The translations under genes were made by a program, and so were the position numbers. The notes under the pieces are model-generated. The model was given only the letters and a program-made list of their open reading frames with translations, made no database searches and was not told the DNA's origin. Source: Haliotis rubra (taxonomy: Eukaryota). From it: a DNA stretch of 64,000 bases. The DNA lies in contig NW_025766181.1 in the NCBI RefSeq assembly GCF_003918875.1, positions 558,001 through 622,000 of the forward strand. Direction: 5' to 3'. Below are positions 40,124 through 52,800 of this stretch, one piece after another; position 1 is the first letter of the stretch, and the number at the start of each line of letters is the position of its first letter.

Positions 40124-41563
40124 AGAGGCATTCAGCTAGGAACTTTAAATTTACAACTTAGTTATCAAATGCATGTACTGTGTTAATTGCTTGCATGATA
40201 ACGGGGTTGTATTTACCACATAACCTCGCTGTCACTGTAAGACCACTCCTCACAATAAGACAAATTTTCAACTTGGTCTATAGAGAGACAATATTTTGTA
40301 TTAATATAATATCGGAATGTCCATTCATTGAAGATGACACAATACTTAACTATGCTAAACACTTACAGGAAAATATTCTATTAAATTCCAAGTTTTATAT
40401 GGTGCTACAATTATATTTGTTGAGTATTCACCGTTTCTATTTGTATCATCGCTGCCCGACCGGATAAATCCAAAATACATGATTACAAGTACACTTTAAC
40501 ACGAATATTTCCTTGAAAAAGGTACCCAAGAACTAAAGTCAATCAACACGACAAGTACACCAATATGCCCTTGGGGGAGAAACTTGTTTGATGTAAGAGT
40601 GTGGTTAGGGACTTAAGCTGCCCTCGAGGTGGATTAATAATTTACAAATTGGAAGCTGCTTAAGGACAGTTAACGTCAGATAAGTGTATATAAAAGTATG
40701 TCGCTGAAAGAGAAAGTAGTTTTATATTGGTGGTTTAAGATTAATCATCAGTGCCATCCTTGTATTGACATCCTATGTTACGACAACAGATCAGACGGAG
40801 TGACGCCAAAACAGTAATGGACATGCATTCAAGAAGCACTAAAAGTAAACCTAGGTAACCAAAAAGCATGTTCAGGATGATTTATAATCTGAATCTTAGT
40901 AAGGTTAATAGCCATGAATGTATGTGTTCATATGTTATAGGAAGTATGAGCTATTCATTGAAAGGGCAGATATATGTAAGGGAAAACTCTGTAGATAGTG
41001 TAATAATGGCTTCGCTGGAGACGAATATCACTTCCTACTTGTATGTCTAATATATAATATTAGAAAACATACATAAAGAAATATTTCTACCACAAACCTA
41101 ATGGTAACAAATAGTATACACTGATGACATGTGATTGTAACAATACTATTAGAAATTTAAATGTACATATTCCATGTAATGAATTTTAGAAATGTAACAA
41201 TGTAGTGAATTTGGAATACATCTCAGATGATGTGCTTTAGGCCTGATCTGTATTATGAATAATGAATGGGAGCAGCTCTCGGGACATGCCAGAGGTAACA
41301 AATCACAAACGCTAGATGCTGTGTGATATGTAAATGATGTAGCAATGTCGATTTTTAAATGTAAATAAGTTTTATTTTTCAGAGAAATTGCCCCTTTTCA
41401 AGTCAACAATGTGCACAATGCCGATTTTTAAATGTAAAGAAGTTTAACGTGTCAAGTAAATTGCTTCTATTCAAACCGCATGCAGTTTTTATTTCACTTT
41501 ATAACTGAGGAAAACTGACGGTATATATAACCAATGACACACAGTCCTTGACCGAGTTATTCA

Positions 41564-41830
41564 CCAGGTGAATGAATACATCATACATTAGATGCTGTTT
41601 GAAATGTAAATGATTTATAGGAACAATGATGACTGTTAAATGTAAACAAGTATTTAAGGTAATTGCTAATTTTGAAGTCATTCAGACAGGTGAATGAATA
41701 TATCAAACTCTTCAAAAATACTTTCAACAGAATAAAAAAACCAACAAGTATTTAAGGTAATTGCCAATTTTGAAGTCATTCAGACAGGTGAATGAATATA
41801 TCTAACTCTACAAAAATTACTTTCAGTAAA
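41564..41830 (+). repeat. Local ~100-bp tandem duplication
   Basis: AACAAGTATTTAAGGTAATTGC.AATTTTGAAGTCATTCAGACAGGTGAATGAATATATC twice plus a partial third. Confidence 0.75.
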
Positions 41831-42356
41831 ATGAAACAATAATTAATAAATTATCATGATAAGCGTTATGGTCAGGCATTATTCTGCTGTCGCTTTCTTA
41901 CGTACATATATATTTCTAAAAAATATGGTTATTTGATCGATAATGATTGCTTAAAGCATCCATTTTATATACACAGGTTAATGTTAAAACAAGTGCTGTA
42001 AAGTCAGGTAAAAAGCTGCTGTGTGCTCTTCGTCTGGTTAATCTATCAACATAAACCAAACACATTGCTCAGAATAGACCGTTGATACATCAAGATTACT
42101 GTCATTATAAAGAAAGAACCACACTAATGTGTCACTACTGTCATTCAAACAGACAGACTGGAGTGGAAGGAAGAAGGTGTAGGGCATGCAGGGTAAGTGT
42201 ATTTTGCATGGCTTTAATTCTATCTTAGACAAACGGATTACTCATTATTGAGAAAATATATGTTTGGATTAAATAGTACATGCAATAAAACATATTTATT
42301 ATGTCGGCCTGAATAGAAAATCCCATACGGGTGTCTTTTGAAGTCAAATATAATAT

Positions 42357-43735
42357 AGAAATTATTGAGAATTTTAGGAATATGTTTAATTGGATTTCTA
42401 GTATAAACAACCTTGACCAGCTATCAAGTTCTTGGTTTCATTCAAAAGAGACAACTCCGTTAATCTTTTTTCATTAGTTTGTGAAGAGTTATCCCTCTTT
42501 GTTTACTTGCTAGCAGACGACATTTTCAGTGATCCTCAGTATGGATGATTTAGAGAAGAAGAAGTTGATTTTAGAATATTATAACAAGGACATCAGATCA
42601 GCTAAAGTGATTTCAAGTAGAACAGGCATCCCTTTGTCCACTGTTTATCGTGTTTTGAAAAATATTGCAAATGGATATGGCATTGGGCACCAGGGAGGCG
42701 CAGGTAGGCCCAGAAAATTGACTGTCGGTGACAGGAGGCGGCTTGGTATTCTTGTTTCTAAAAACAAACGAAGGAGTTTAGAAAACTTAAGGCTGGATAT
42801 GATTGATAGAGGAACTGTGGCTGTCTGTAAGGAGACAATTAGAACTGAGCTGCATACAATGGGTTGGCAGAAAAGTCGAGGAATTCCATCACCGATCATG
42901 AAACCTGAACAAAAGGAGCGAAGGTTGAACTGGTGCTTACAGCATAGAAATTGTAACTGGGACAATGTGATTTTCTCAGATGAAAGTTCTGTGTTGCTGT
43001 TTCCTAATACACTGAAATTCTGGACCAAACAAACTGAAAAACCTTTGTATCAGCGCCCAAAGTACAGTCCGAAATTTAACGTGTGGGGTGGCATATCTGT
43101 GTTAGGGGCAATGCCCCTCTGTGTATTTGAAGGGAATATGAACAGTGAGCGGTACACAGATATTCTCGAGGGACATTTACTTCCATCTGCTCACGTGTTC
43201 TATGGAAAGTTTTGGATTTACCAGCAGGACAACGACCCAAAACATCGTTCAAAGCATTCACAGGCCTGGTTTCGGACCCAAAATATGACATTGGGGTAGC
43301 CTATTGGCCGTTGGCTCTACGCCGAAGACCTTAAATCCAATGGGTACAATGTGTGAAGTTTCTGGTGTCTCCCGCCGTGATGTTGCTGGAAAGCGGCGTG
43401 TCCAAACTAAGTCAAACCCAAACTATGACATCTGATTGGCAAAGCTATTGCCTGACCTAAATCCAATGGAAAATGTTTGAAGGAAAGTGTCAATAAGAAA
43501 AATCGATATTGGGAAAGAAGACAGCATGGACCACGACTTTCTAACTTCTTTGATCAGTAGTATGCCCCGCTGCATTGACGCCTGCATTGCTGCCCATGGT
43601 GACTTGACAAAATACTAACTGTTCACCTGTCTTTGAATCTGGAGTTATGTTCTGCTAATATTCACATTTAATACGTGAGTAATGAGTGAAAACAAAATTA
43701 CAATCTTAAATTCTCAATAATTTCTGGTTGTACTG
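42357..43735 (+). mobile_element. Tc1-like transposon C, interrupted by a SINE
   Basis: ORF 42529-43299 (GIPLSTVYRV, GRPRKL, VIFSDES, VWGGIS, QQDNDPKH) resumes after the SINE with PDLNPMENV; TIR AGAAATTATTGAGAATTT / AAATTCTCAATAATTTCTGGTTGTACTG-TA. Confidence 0.9.
43292..43415 (+). mobile_element. SINE family A inside Tc1 C
   Basis: 16-bp TSD ACCCAAA(A/C)TATGACAT at 43276-43291 and 43416-43431. Confidence 0.85.
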
Positions 43736-44437
43736 TATTTGATATCAAAAGTCACGAGGGTGAGATTCTTTTTATCATCCAATATCATACTTAATTTGTT
43801 GTTCAAGAGAAATTAAAAACGAAACGTCACCTGTAACAAGTTCATTTGAAGACTTGCGTATGAATACATCCAAGTGAACAAGGGCGATGGAAGATAGAAA
43901 CGATTGACAACATTACGTCATAAAAACAAGCATATAAAAAGTAGTTCCTTGGTGGCATTTTAAGCAAACTTTTATGTCATTAGAACAAGTCATGAAAAAA
44001 AATAACTCAACTGCAGTGGCAATCTTTGTATTCAGCTAAGGGAGATGAAAGTTGTCCGGAAATATTATTAACCAATCATGCAGCAATTACCTTAAAACTT
44101 ACCAGGAGATATTGCTTGAACTTCTACAAGCATATCTCCTCTGGAAACCAGTACTGGATGATAAATATGCTCATTGCAGGGTTGTTATGAGAGGAAATAA
44201 CAGTAATGCATTTGATTGATGGACATGATTGCCTTCAGTGTGAATAAACACTTCAGAGGGCTCGTTTGCACACTGGACCGGGCAATATACGAGAAATGTT
44301 TGAATGTTATACCGGATGATGTATATCTTTACATTTTGAACATTAGTGCGTATATAAGTGACCTCTTGGTATCTGTACCATGGCTTGGGAAACTGAGAGA
44401 AAAGACGAAACCTATTGAACATGTTGTCACAACAACA

Positions 44438-44578
44438 NNNNNNNNNNNNNNNNNNNNNNNNNNNNNNNNNNNNNNNNNNNNNNNNNNNNNNNNNNNNNNN
44501 NNNNNNNNNNNNNNNNNNNNNNNNNNNNNNNNNNNNNNNNNNNNNNNNNNNNNNNNNNNNNNNNNNNNNNNNNNNNNN
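44438..44578. other. Assembly gap (N run)
   Basis: Ns. Confidence 1.
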
Positions 44579-44814
44579 TAACCTCGCATAAGGTAGAGAG
44601 AGTTTGGATGAATCAAAATAAATAATAAACCTGTCGGTCAAAAGAATATAAACAACAAAAAATTTAATGGTTATTTGATTCGACAGTCTCAGGTTTAGAA
44701 TATTTCGGCGACCTTTCAGGCTAATAACGTTTTGATAAGGTCTGTACATTTTTCGTCAAATCTTTTTTTAGTGCATCACTTCACTTCCTGCTCCTCTTTG
44801 CAGAACTTACGACA

Positions 44815-46981
44815 ATGACGTACTGGCGTTTCATCTTGTGTACTCTGGCGTTCTGTTGTGGGGCGCATGCGCAGCATGTTAGTGAAGCACGTACGTATTT
44901 TTTAAATTGTTTTGTTGCTTTGATGAGCCATCGAACGCTCATTCCGTAAGCTGTTTTCCCCAAGGAAGTGGCCGGCTGGTCATCACAACATTAGTTGTTT
45001 GATCAAAGTTATATGTGACAAATGAAATATTCTCATGGCAACTGAAAAAGGTCACGCTTCACTACCAACAAATGGCTTGACTGGCAAATGATATGTTTGT
45101 AGAAGAATGCTCAGAGTTCCTCATATCAAGGGAGATTTCTTAATTACAAAGTTATGAGACATTTATATCATTTTCAGGCGATTTCTAATACGTTAAATGT
45201 ATTGCTATTAAATATTTCAAATGAATTCATCTTTTATATCACCATCCCACTGTGGAAATATAAAAACACACTTATATTCAATGAGCGGTTGTTATTAAAC
45301 GTGATGATGTGGTAGAATAACATTTTCAGCGTCCAGTGCGTAAGGCTGCATATTTTGACCTTTCCAATGACATTTAATGAACTTAAAATTAATGACGCTA
45401 AATGTTAAATGATTTCTGCAATTCTGATTGCAAAAAGGTGCAGTTTCTTGAATACAATACTGATCTTGGATATCGCTGGTATGATAACTAATATAAGTAC
45501 GAGAAGGGACCCACGCACAAACTCAGGACAACAAAATACCATTTAGTTGCGTATTGAAAGAAACTGGTCCGTTCGTGTAAGGATTTACAGGGGACAGTTC
45601 ATGAAAATGAAGTAACGATTTCCAAAGCTAAGTAAATATGGTGTATTTATTTTGAAGGTATTCGCTCGCTCCTGCCCCAAAGCGTTGCCTTTAAACTGCT
45701 TCTTCTGAAACCACCCGCACCCAGCGGCAGCTTGTTGCCACAAAGAAAAGCCCCAACAAGCACACAGGCAGGATCCTTCAACGGAGGTCCGTTAATTCGA
45801 TCTGATCCACGACTTGGCTCTGGTTTGGTGCACCCTCTACTTGATCCTAATTATGGTAGCAACCAGTTCAATGGCGTTGGTGGTTACTCCGAGACCATCT
45901 CACCAACAGGTTTTCCCGAAGGTATATCTGGATCTGGCGCATTTGCTGATACTTCCGGAGGGTCTTTGGGTTTCACAGGAAGTAATCCGCTTGGTTTGCC
46001 TGGTATTGATTCAACCGGGCTTCATGGGAGTTTCATGGGGTCCGGGGGTTTACTTGGCGACATGACAGGAGCTGGGAATGCTGGGCTAGCCCTTGAACAA
46101 CTTTCAGGTGGATTTGGACAAGACCCGGTTGGCGATATATTCGGGACATCGGGACAGAGTGGAGGTCTTCTTGGACTGGACTTGACACCGGGTAGTCTTA
46201 CAAGTGTTTTTCCTGGTGGAGCGGACACACTAGCTGGACAACCTGAGAATTCACAGGGATTTGGCATGTCTATGGGGCAGCCTGGCGATTTTCTTGGTAC
46301 AGGTATGGGACATGTAGAGTAGAGTTTTGAGAGTAAGGCATTAATGTACCTTCCCGGTGCGGGTTAATATTTTGGTCACGTGGGTCTATCGGTTGGCAAA
46401 TCTTGGCTTGAAAGCTCACCTTTAGATGTTCATAGACTTCGAGTTTCTAAGTTTCGATGTTATCACTTTGAACCGAACATAATTTTGACCATTATTACGA
46501 TTTCAGAGCTGCAGAACGTTAACAGTGGAATGGGAATGAATATGTTTCCGGAAAGTATTCCAACTTCTCCACCTCAAACACAAATGGTCCCTACAAAACC
46601 TCCGACGAACACTGGTCTGCCGCAAGGGCTTACCTCGGGATCCGTAATGGCTCCGGTAGACAGGAAACAAATACAAAACAATGTTCGAGTTCCGTCGCAA
46701 AAATGCAGCCGAGTTTACCAAAATCTCGTCAAAATCCAACTGGAAAAGGGCCTGCTGTGGTCGGTATCGCAAATGGACAAATTCAAATGCCCCGTCGCCC
46801 AGCACCAATCGGAGTTGGACCACCTATCATTCAAGTAGGAACCATACTTCCCCCAAGTGCTGTGCTGCCTGATGGTGGAGTGGTGGTTCGTGTTGATGGC
46901 TCTGATGCAACCGTTCAGTCTCCCGGTGGAGTAGAAACGACCGTGGATGGAACTGACTTCAGCCAAGAATTGGTTGGCTGA
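44815..46981 (+). CDS. Secreted Gly/Pro-rich protein with C-terminal DGSDA module (exons 44815-44890, 45658-46302, 46507-46981); apparent 1-bp deletion in A5 run 46699-46703
   Basis: Signal peptide MTYWRFILCTLAFCCGAHA; phase-1 GT-AG introns join ORFs 45732 and 46380; adding one A gives PSQKMQPSLP and enters ORF 46703; AATAAA at 47214. Confidence 0.8.
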
Positions 46982-47530
46982 GATTCTATTTTGTTTGTGG
47001 TCACTCGATGTGGTCCTATTAACCCTTCCTGTCTCAAAAAAGATGTGAGATTTTATTTTCTGATAGCATGTGAGCTTGAAGACCTTGTTGTTGCATGGTA
47101 ATGCTTCAAGATGGGTAATTGTTCCTGAACTAGAAAGGAAAACATGAACCTTTAATTGCGTTTTTGTATTCGTACACCAGTTCCTGAATTTGAGACGTAG
47201 TGATGTTATGTACAATAAAGTAATACAATTGGTTGTATTTGCAAATTATACCCATGACCCTTTATTCATTAAGCTGCATATGCCAGCAGTTGGTGTTGTT
47301 CTTATATGAGGTAGCTATTATCACTTACAGCAGGTCTTACGGTTTAATGTTGCACAAGTCAGTGTGCAGAGTTCCCTCCCTTAGATATGTCCTGGATTCT
47401 CACATCAAGGGTTAGAATGCATGATGTGCCTCCATTATGATACCTAATTTGGCTTTATGATGTCCATCCACTGTATGAGATATGTTGATCCAAGCAAAAG
47501 GTTAATATGTACACCATTACTGTTACAAAA

Positions 47531-47786
47531 GGATTACTCATTATTGAGAAAATATATGTTTGGATTAAACAGTACATGCAATAAAACATATTCATTATTG
47601 TCGGCCTGTATAGAAAGTCCCATACAAGTGTCTTTTGAAGTCAAATATAATATATCATCACGAGTTTTATCCATGAGTGGTGATATATTTGATATCAAAA
47701 GTCAGGAGGGTGAGATTCTTTTTTATCATCCAATATCATACTTAATTTGTTGTGCAAGAGAAATTTAAAACGAAACGTCACCTGTA
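47531..47786 (+). repeat. Interspersed repeat, intact version of the sequence split by Tc1 C (42235-42356 + 43736-43836)
   Basis: GGATTACTCATTATTGAGAAAATATATGTTTGG...GAAACGTCACCTGTAA in both places. Confidence 0.75.
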
Positions 47787-48594
47787 ATGATTTCGACCAC
47801 GTAAACCAGTATTTATATAAACCCCAAAGAACAATGGAAAATTATGGTTGGTTTATTTCAAGATACAGTATTGTTCATGAAGATTCGAACATATGCTTAC
47901 AACGGAAATTTGGACGATCCGATATTTTGGCCTCGTTTATTAAATGTATATATATCCCACATTATCGAGATCAGGTTGTATTCGGGGAGTCACCATTATG
48001 TATAAACAGATAATTATGTTTAAAGCTATAAATAAATTACATTTCATTAACATCCTCAAATGGACTGTAAATAATGTAATAGGTCTTTACCGTTCAATAA
48101 TACGCCGCTTCTAGTTCAGCCTCCCTCACTGAATCAGTAAAACTACCCCACCGCACCCCTTCCACGTATATTTCTTAAATGAAGGAATATCACAGTCAAA
48201 CCAGAGTGATTAAGTTTGAAACGTGTTTCAGTCATATCATGACGTGTCTTTTTCAAGTGTCTGTGTGTGTGTGTGTGGGGGGGGGGATGTCTGAGGGGAT
48301 GCAGGTCACTGAGGTGTATTAACTCGACTAATCCCACAATGATTCCCAGATGAGTACTGCGTAATAGTAGGGTTTACCCAACTATGTACATTTTCATGTA
48401 GGATCAAAGCTTTCTGATTCTTCTGAGTAGGACGAAACTGTTGAAATCTGACCAGAGTGATGGCGTTGATGTTACACGCATAATGCATACCATGTATGGC
48501 CCCAAGGATTGGCATAATATTTGTTGGTTGTAGCCAGTGGCATGCTGTTTTGCATTTTTTCGATTGGAGTCAGCCATGTTTGTTGGCAAACAAT

Positions 48595-48770
48595 ATTGTC
48601 AGCAGCATTTCAGCTACATGACGGTGGTCTGAAAATATCGAGTCTGAACCAGACAATCCAATGACTGACATCGTTAGTATCGATCTAGGCAATACGACTG
48701 CGTGTATCAACCAAATCACCAAGCCTGAACACCTGACAACGTCTCACACGATAAGGATGGGTTGCTGGAT
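48595..48770 (-). mobile_element. Degenerate SINE family B
   Basis: CGAGTCTGAACCAGACAATCCA...TATCGATCTA. Confidence 0.5.
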
Positions 48771-49830
48771 TAAATGAATCGGTTTCGGCGGATCAGGACT
48801 GGCGATTACATGAAGAAGATACAATAGACTCCAGTCTATACGCTAACCAACTCAGCGAACGCCTATATACTTACGTTTCCAGAAGGATGGCGATTTACTA
48901 ACGTACTGATCACTGATTACATGTGCAATCTGCATGTATTGATCGCGGACGGGAATCTATAGGAAACATTGTGAATCTTCCTGGACCATCTTGATTTTTA
49001 AGGTCCATATATACACAAAATTACTACTGGCAAACAAGGATAAATTGAGCACCGACCTGACAATTGACCCGTATTAGCATGTATGAGTGCCGCCCACTGG
49101 CGCTTGCCCTTGTTAGCGAAGTGGCCCCTAGGTTGTCCGCGATCAAGTGTAGTGCGACTTGCTACACCGACGTGAGAGTCTTATGAGCAAGGCGTGTGCA
49201 GCTACGCGCGGAATCAATTTCATCGTCATGTAATGCACGTGCACTAGCCTACATCTGTTCTACCTTTCACAAACCAACTGGGTTTGCTCATTGCCGTGCA
49301 CAACCTAATTCTCGTAAACGCGTTCTCTGCGCGGGTCCAACTTATCCTTGATTGCCGGTAGCATGTGCCTATCATCCATTACTACGACATTTTGTATGCC
49401 TGGGGATATTTCGGGTGTTCAGGCTTCCGTTACATGTGAAACTTTTAAATGAATTACACACAAATATATTTGAACAATATCATTTTATTCGTAGAATAAA
49501 TACTATATGTACAGACTCAACACCATATGGACAATTGGATAGAAAGCAGACATTACATATATACAAACATTAGTTTATATACAGGGATAGTGTTCATAAT
49601 TAACACAACACTTCTGTATAATCATGCGAAGAGAGTAGATTGTGATGGCATAAATAACCGACAAGTATGTCAGAAGATTACTGATCGGAATATAACTTAA
49701 ATTAACTGTTGTTTTAGATGAAATCTGATAGGTAATCAGTGTGTTGCTTAAGATGACTGCGTTCCCCTTTTCCTTCTGGCAGTGACCTTGTCATATCCTC
49801 CAAGGTAGAACTCGTGGCATCAAAGATTAT

Positions 49831-52800
49831 CTAAACACTGGAGCCAATAAAATCTGGTGCTCCACGATTGCCTCCATCTACCATGAAAGATCCAGCATTG
49901 GTGAAGCGAGAATTGCTGAAAGACAGACCATTCATTACAGATAACTCAGGTTGGTTAGGGTCCATTTGGGAAGGTGATGGTCCAGTCCCATCAGCAACGA
50001 TACGATCATTTCGGATTCGAACAGAATTTCCGTTTCTGTTTGCATTGCTATCTAATGGTGTAGAGCGATATTCGTTGTTGCTACCGTTCTGTCCGTTTAG
50101 CCGTGTCATTGTTCCAGCATCCATCATGACGGGTCCGTTCATGTCTGTGTATCCACGGGCATTCATGAAAGATTCGACATTCATATCCATCATTGATTGC
50201 CCAGACCGATTCGTATCAAATTGGGAAGGAGATCTTTCAGCATTATTTGTGTTGCGATTGATACTTGAAGGTGAATCGGCCCATCTTGACATGGGCATGT
50301 TAGATGGAGAGTCTCTGGTAAAGTCCATCATGTTCCTATTCGGACCAGATAACCCTACTGAGTCTTGCAAACCAAGATATCCTAAGTCCACCATCATAGA
50401 TCCAGCTGGATCTGTGAAGCCACGATTATCCATGAACGATTGCTCGTTCCGATCCATTTCTGGTGATCCTGATGGCGAAAAGACATTGCTATTCGTTGAT
50501 GAAAGCCTTCGTCCATTTCTAGAGGTCGATCGGTCAATATCCATGGGAGTTTGAGAAGTACCATCAAACATTGGATTCGACATATCGTTATTGCTGCCTA
50601 CACTGGATGATACGCCCATTTCGGCTGGTGCACTGACCAGTGGAACTTGTTCTATGGCCAAACCCAACATATCCAGATCGGCCTGATTCAAGTTGTTCAT
50701 GCGTGATCGACGTACATCCATTCGTCCGTCAAGAGTATCAAAGGATGTCGCAAATCCGCCAGGCCTGTTACCTCGACCACCAGAAATAGATGATCCACTT
50801 GGGTCCATCATACCAATAATATGTTGACTTGATGGGTTCGAGTCCTGTGCAGCCGGCCGGCTAAAGTCTCGGATCATTGACATGCTTCCATCAATATTAT
50901 TCAAGGAATTTGCAAACCCATCCATATTGTTCACCGTTTGCCCCTGGCCTCCAATCACAAAAGACCCTGTAGAATCCATCATGCCAATCATATTTTGTCC
51001 CAAATGTTGGAAATCTTGTGCAGCTGATCCTCCTATATTTCCCGTCATACCTCCGTCAGCAGTATTGAAGGAATTAGAAAACCCGTCAAGACTGTTAGTC
51101 ATTTGGCCTTGACCGCTAATCAGTGAAGAATCTTCAGCACCCATCACACTCATCAAATCATTTCCTTTTTGCTGAAAGTTCTTCGACATTGAATCTCTCA
51201 TACTTCCGGCCTGATTTCTGTCAATAGTATTTATGGATGTTGCAAATCCATCAATGTTGTTCCTCATTTGCCCTCGACCGCCAATTGTATTCAAGGAATT
51301 TGCAAACCCATCCATATTGTTCACCGTTTGCCCCTGGCCTCCAATCACAAAAGACCCTGTAGAATCCATCATGCCAATCATATTTTGTCCCAAATGTTGG
51401 AAATCTTGTGCAGCTGATCCTCCTATATTTCCCGTCATACCTCCGTCAGCAGTATTGAAGGAATTAGAAAACCCGTCAAGACTGTTAGTCATTTGGCCTT
51501 GACCGCTAATCAGTGAAGAATCTGCAGCACCCATCACACTCATCAAATCATTTCCTTTTTGCTGAAAGTTCTTCGACATTGAATCTCCCATATTTTCGGC
51601 CTGATTTCTGTCAATAGTATTTATGGATGTTGCAAATCCATCATTGTTGTTCCTCATTTGCCCTCGACCGCCAATCATAGAAGACCCTGTTGCATCCATC
51701 ATACCCAAAATATTCTGTCCCAACTGTTGAAAATCTTGTCCAGTTGATCCACCCATATTTCCTGTCACCCTTCTGTCCATAGCATCGAAGGAATTTGAAA
51801 ACCCATCAAGATTGTTCATCCTTTGACCATCCATCATTCCCATAAAATCGTTTCCTTGTTGCTGAAAGTCCTGTGCATTCGATCCACCCGCATTTCTGGT
51901 AAGTGGTCCATCTATAGTAGTTATGGATCCAAATCTGCCAAGTTTGTTCCTCATTTGCCCTCGGCCGTCATTCGTAGCAGAAGGTGTAGCATCCATCATG
52001 GTCATCATGTTTTGTCCGACTTGTTGGAAATCTTGTGCTGTTGACCCACCAATGTTTCCGTTCACAGTCCCACCTAAAGTATCCATGGATGGCGCAAATC
52101 TGTCAAGTTTGTTCCTCATGTCCCCAATCACGGAAGACCCGGAAGCATCCATCATACCGAGAATAGTTTGCCCTTGTTGCTGAAAGTCCTGTGCCGCTGA
52201 TCTGCTATCGGCCATCATTTCAGCCATGGGGTTTTGAAGATTTGGTGGTAGTTCGGCTGCATTTCCAATGGGGTCTGTTCTTCCAAATCCAACTGATTGC
52301 GGCTCGTTCATATATAACTGGTCTAAGGTATCGACATTGTTGACGCTTTGTCTGTCGGAATGCGGTACCGTGCCGTCCTGTCGACTGACCACCCATGACG
52401 GTTGCATGGGCATCGCTTGCCTTCCAGAAGGAACAAAGCTTATCTCTAGCACCTTAGCACCTCCCAGCATGTTGCTTGTTTCAGCGGCTAATATATCTGG
52501 TTCGGGCGTTGGGGAGAAGTTTGTATTCCCAGCATCCTGCAACGTTGGATTCCTAACAGCCACTTGATCACGCAGAGATGCCTGATTGCGAAGAGGACTT
52601 TGGTCACGACGAGGAACCTCATTACGGGGAGATGTCTGTTCACGGAGAGAGTTTTGATCACGTGGAGATGCTTGATTTCGACGGGAACCTTGTTCACGAC
52701 GGGAACCTCGATCATTGGAAGCTGCTTGCTGACGGAGAGTTGTTTGTTGTTCACGCTGAGACACTTGACTGCGGGGTGCTTGGTTACGAAGAGATGCTTG

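Noticed and set aside
40590-40790. Possible solo LTR (TATA, ends CAACA)
   Set aside because: No TSD or second copy found
44040-44437. Coding-like stretch before second gap
   Set aside because: Interrupted by stop and gap; no identifiable homology
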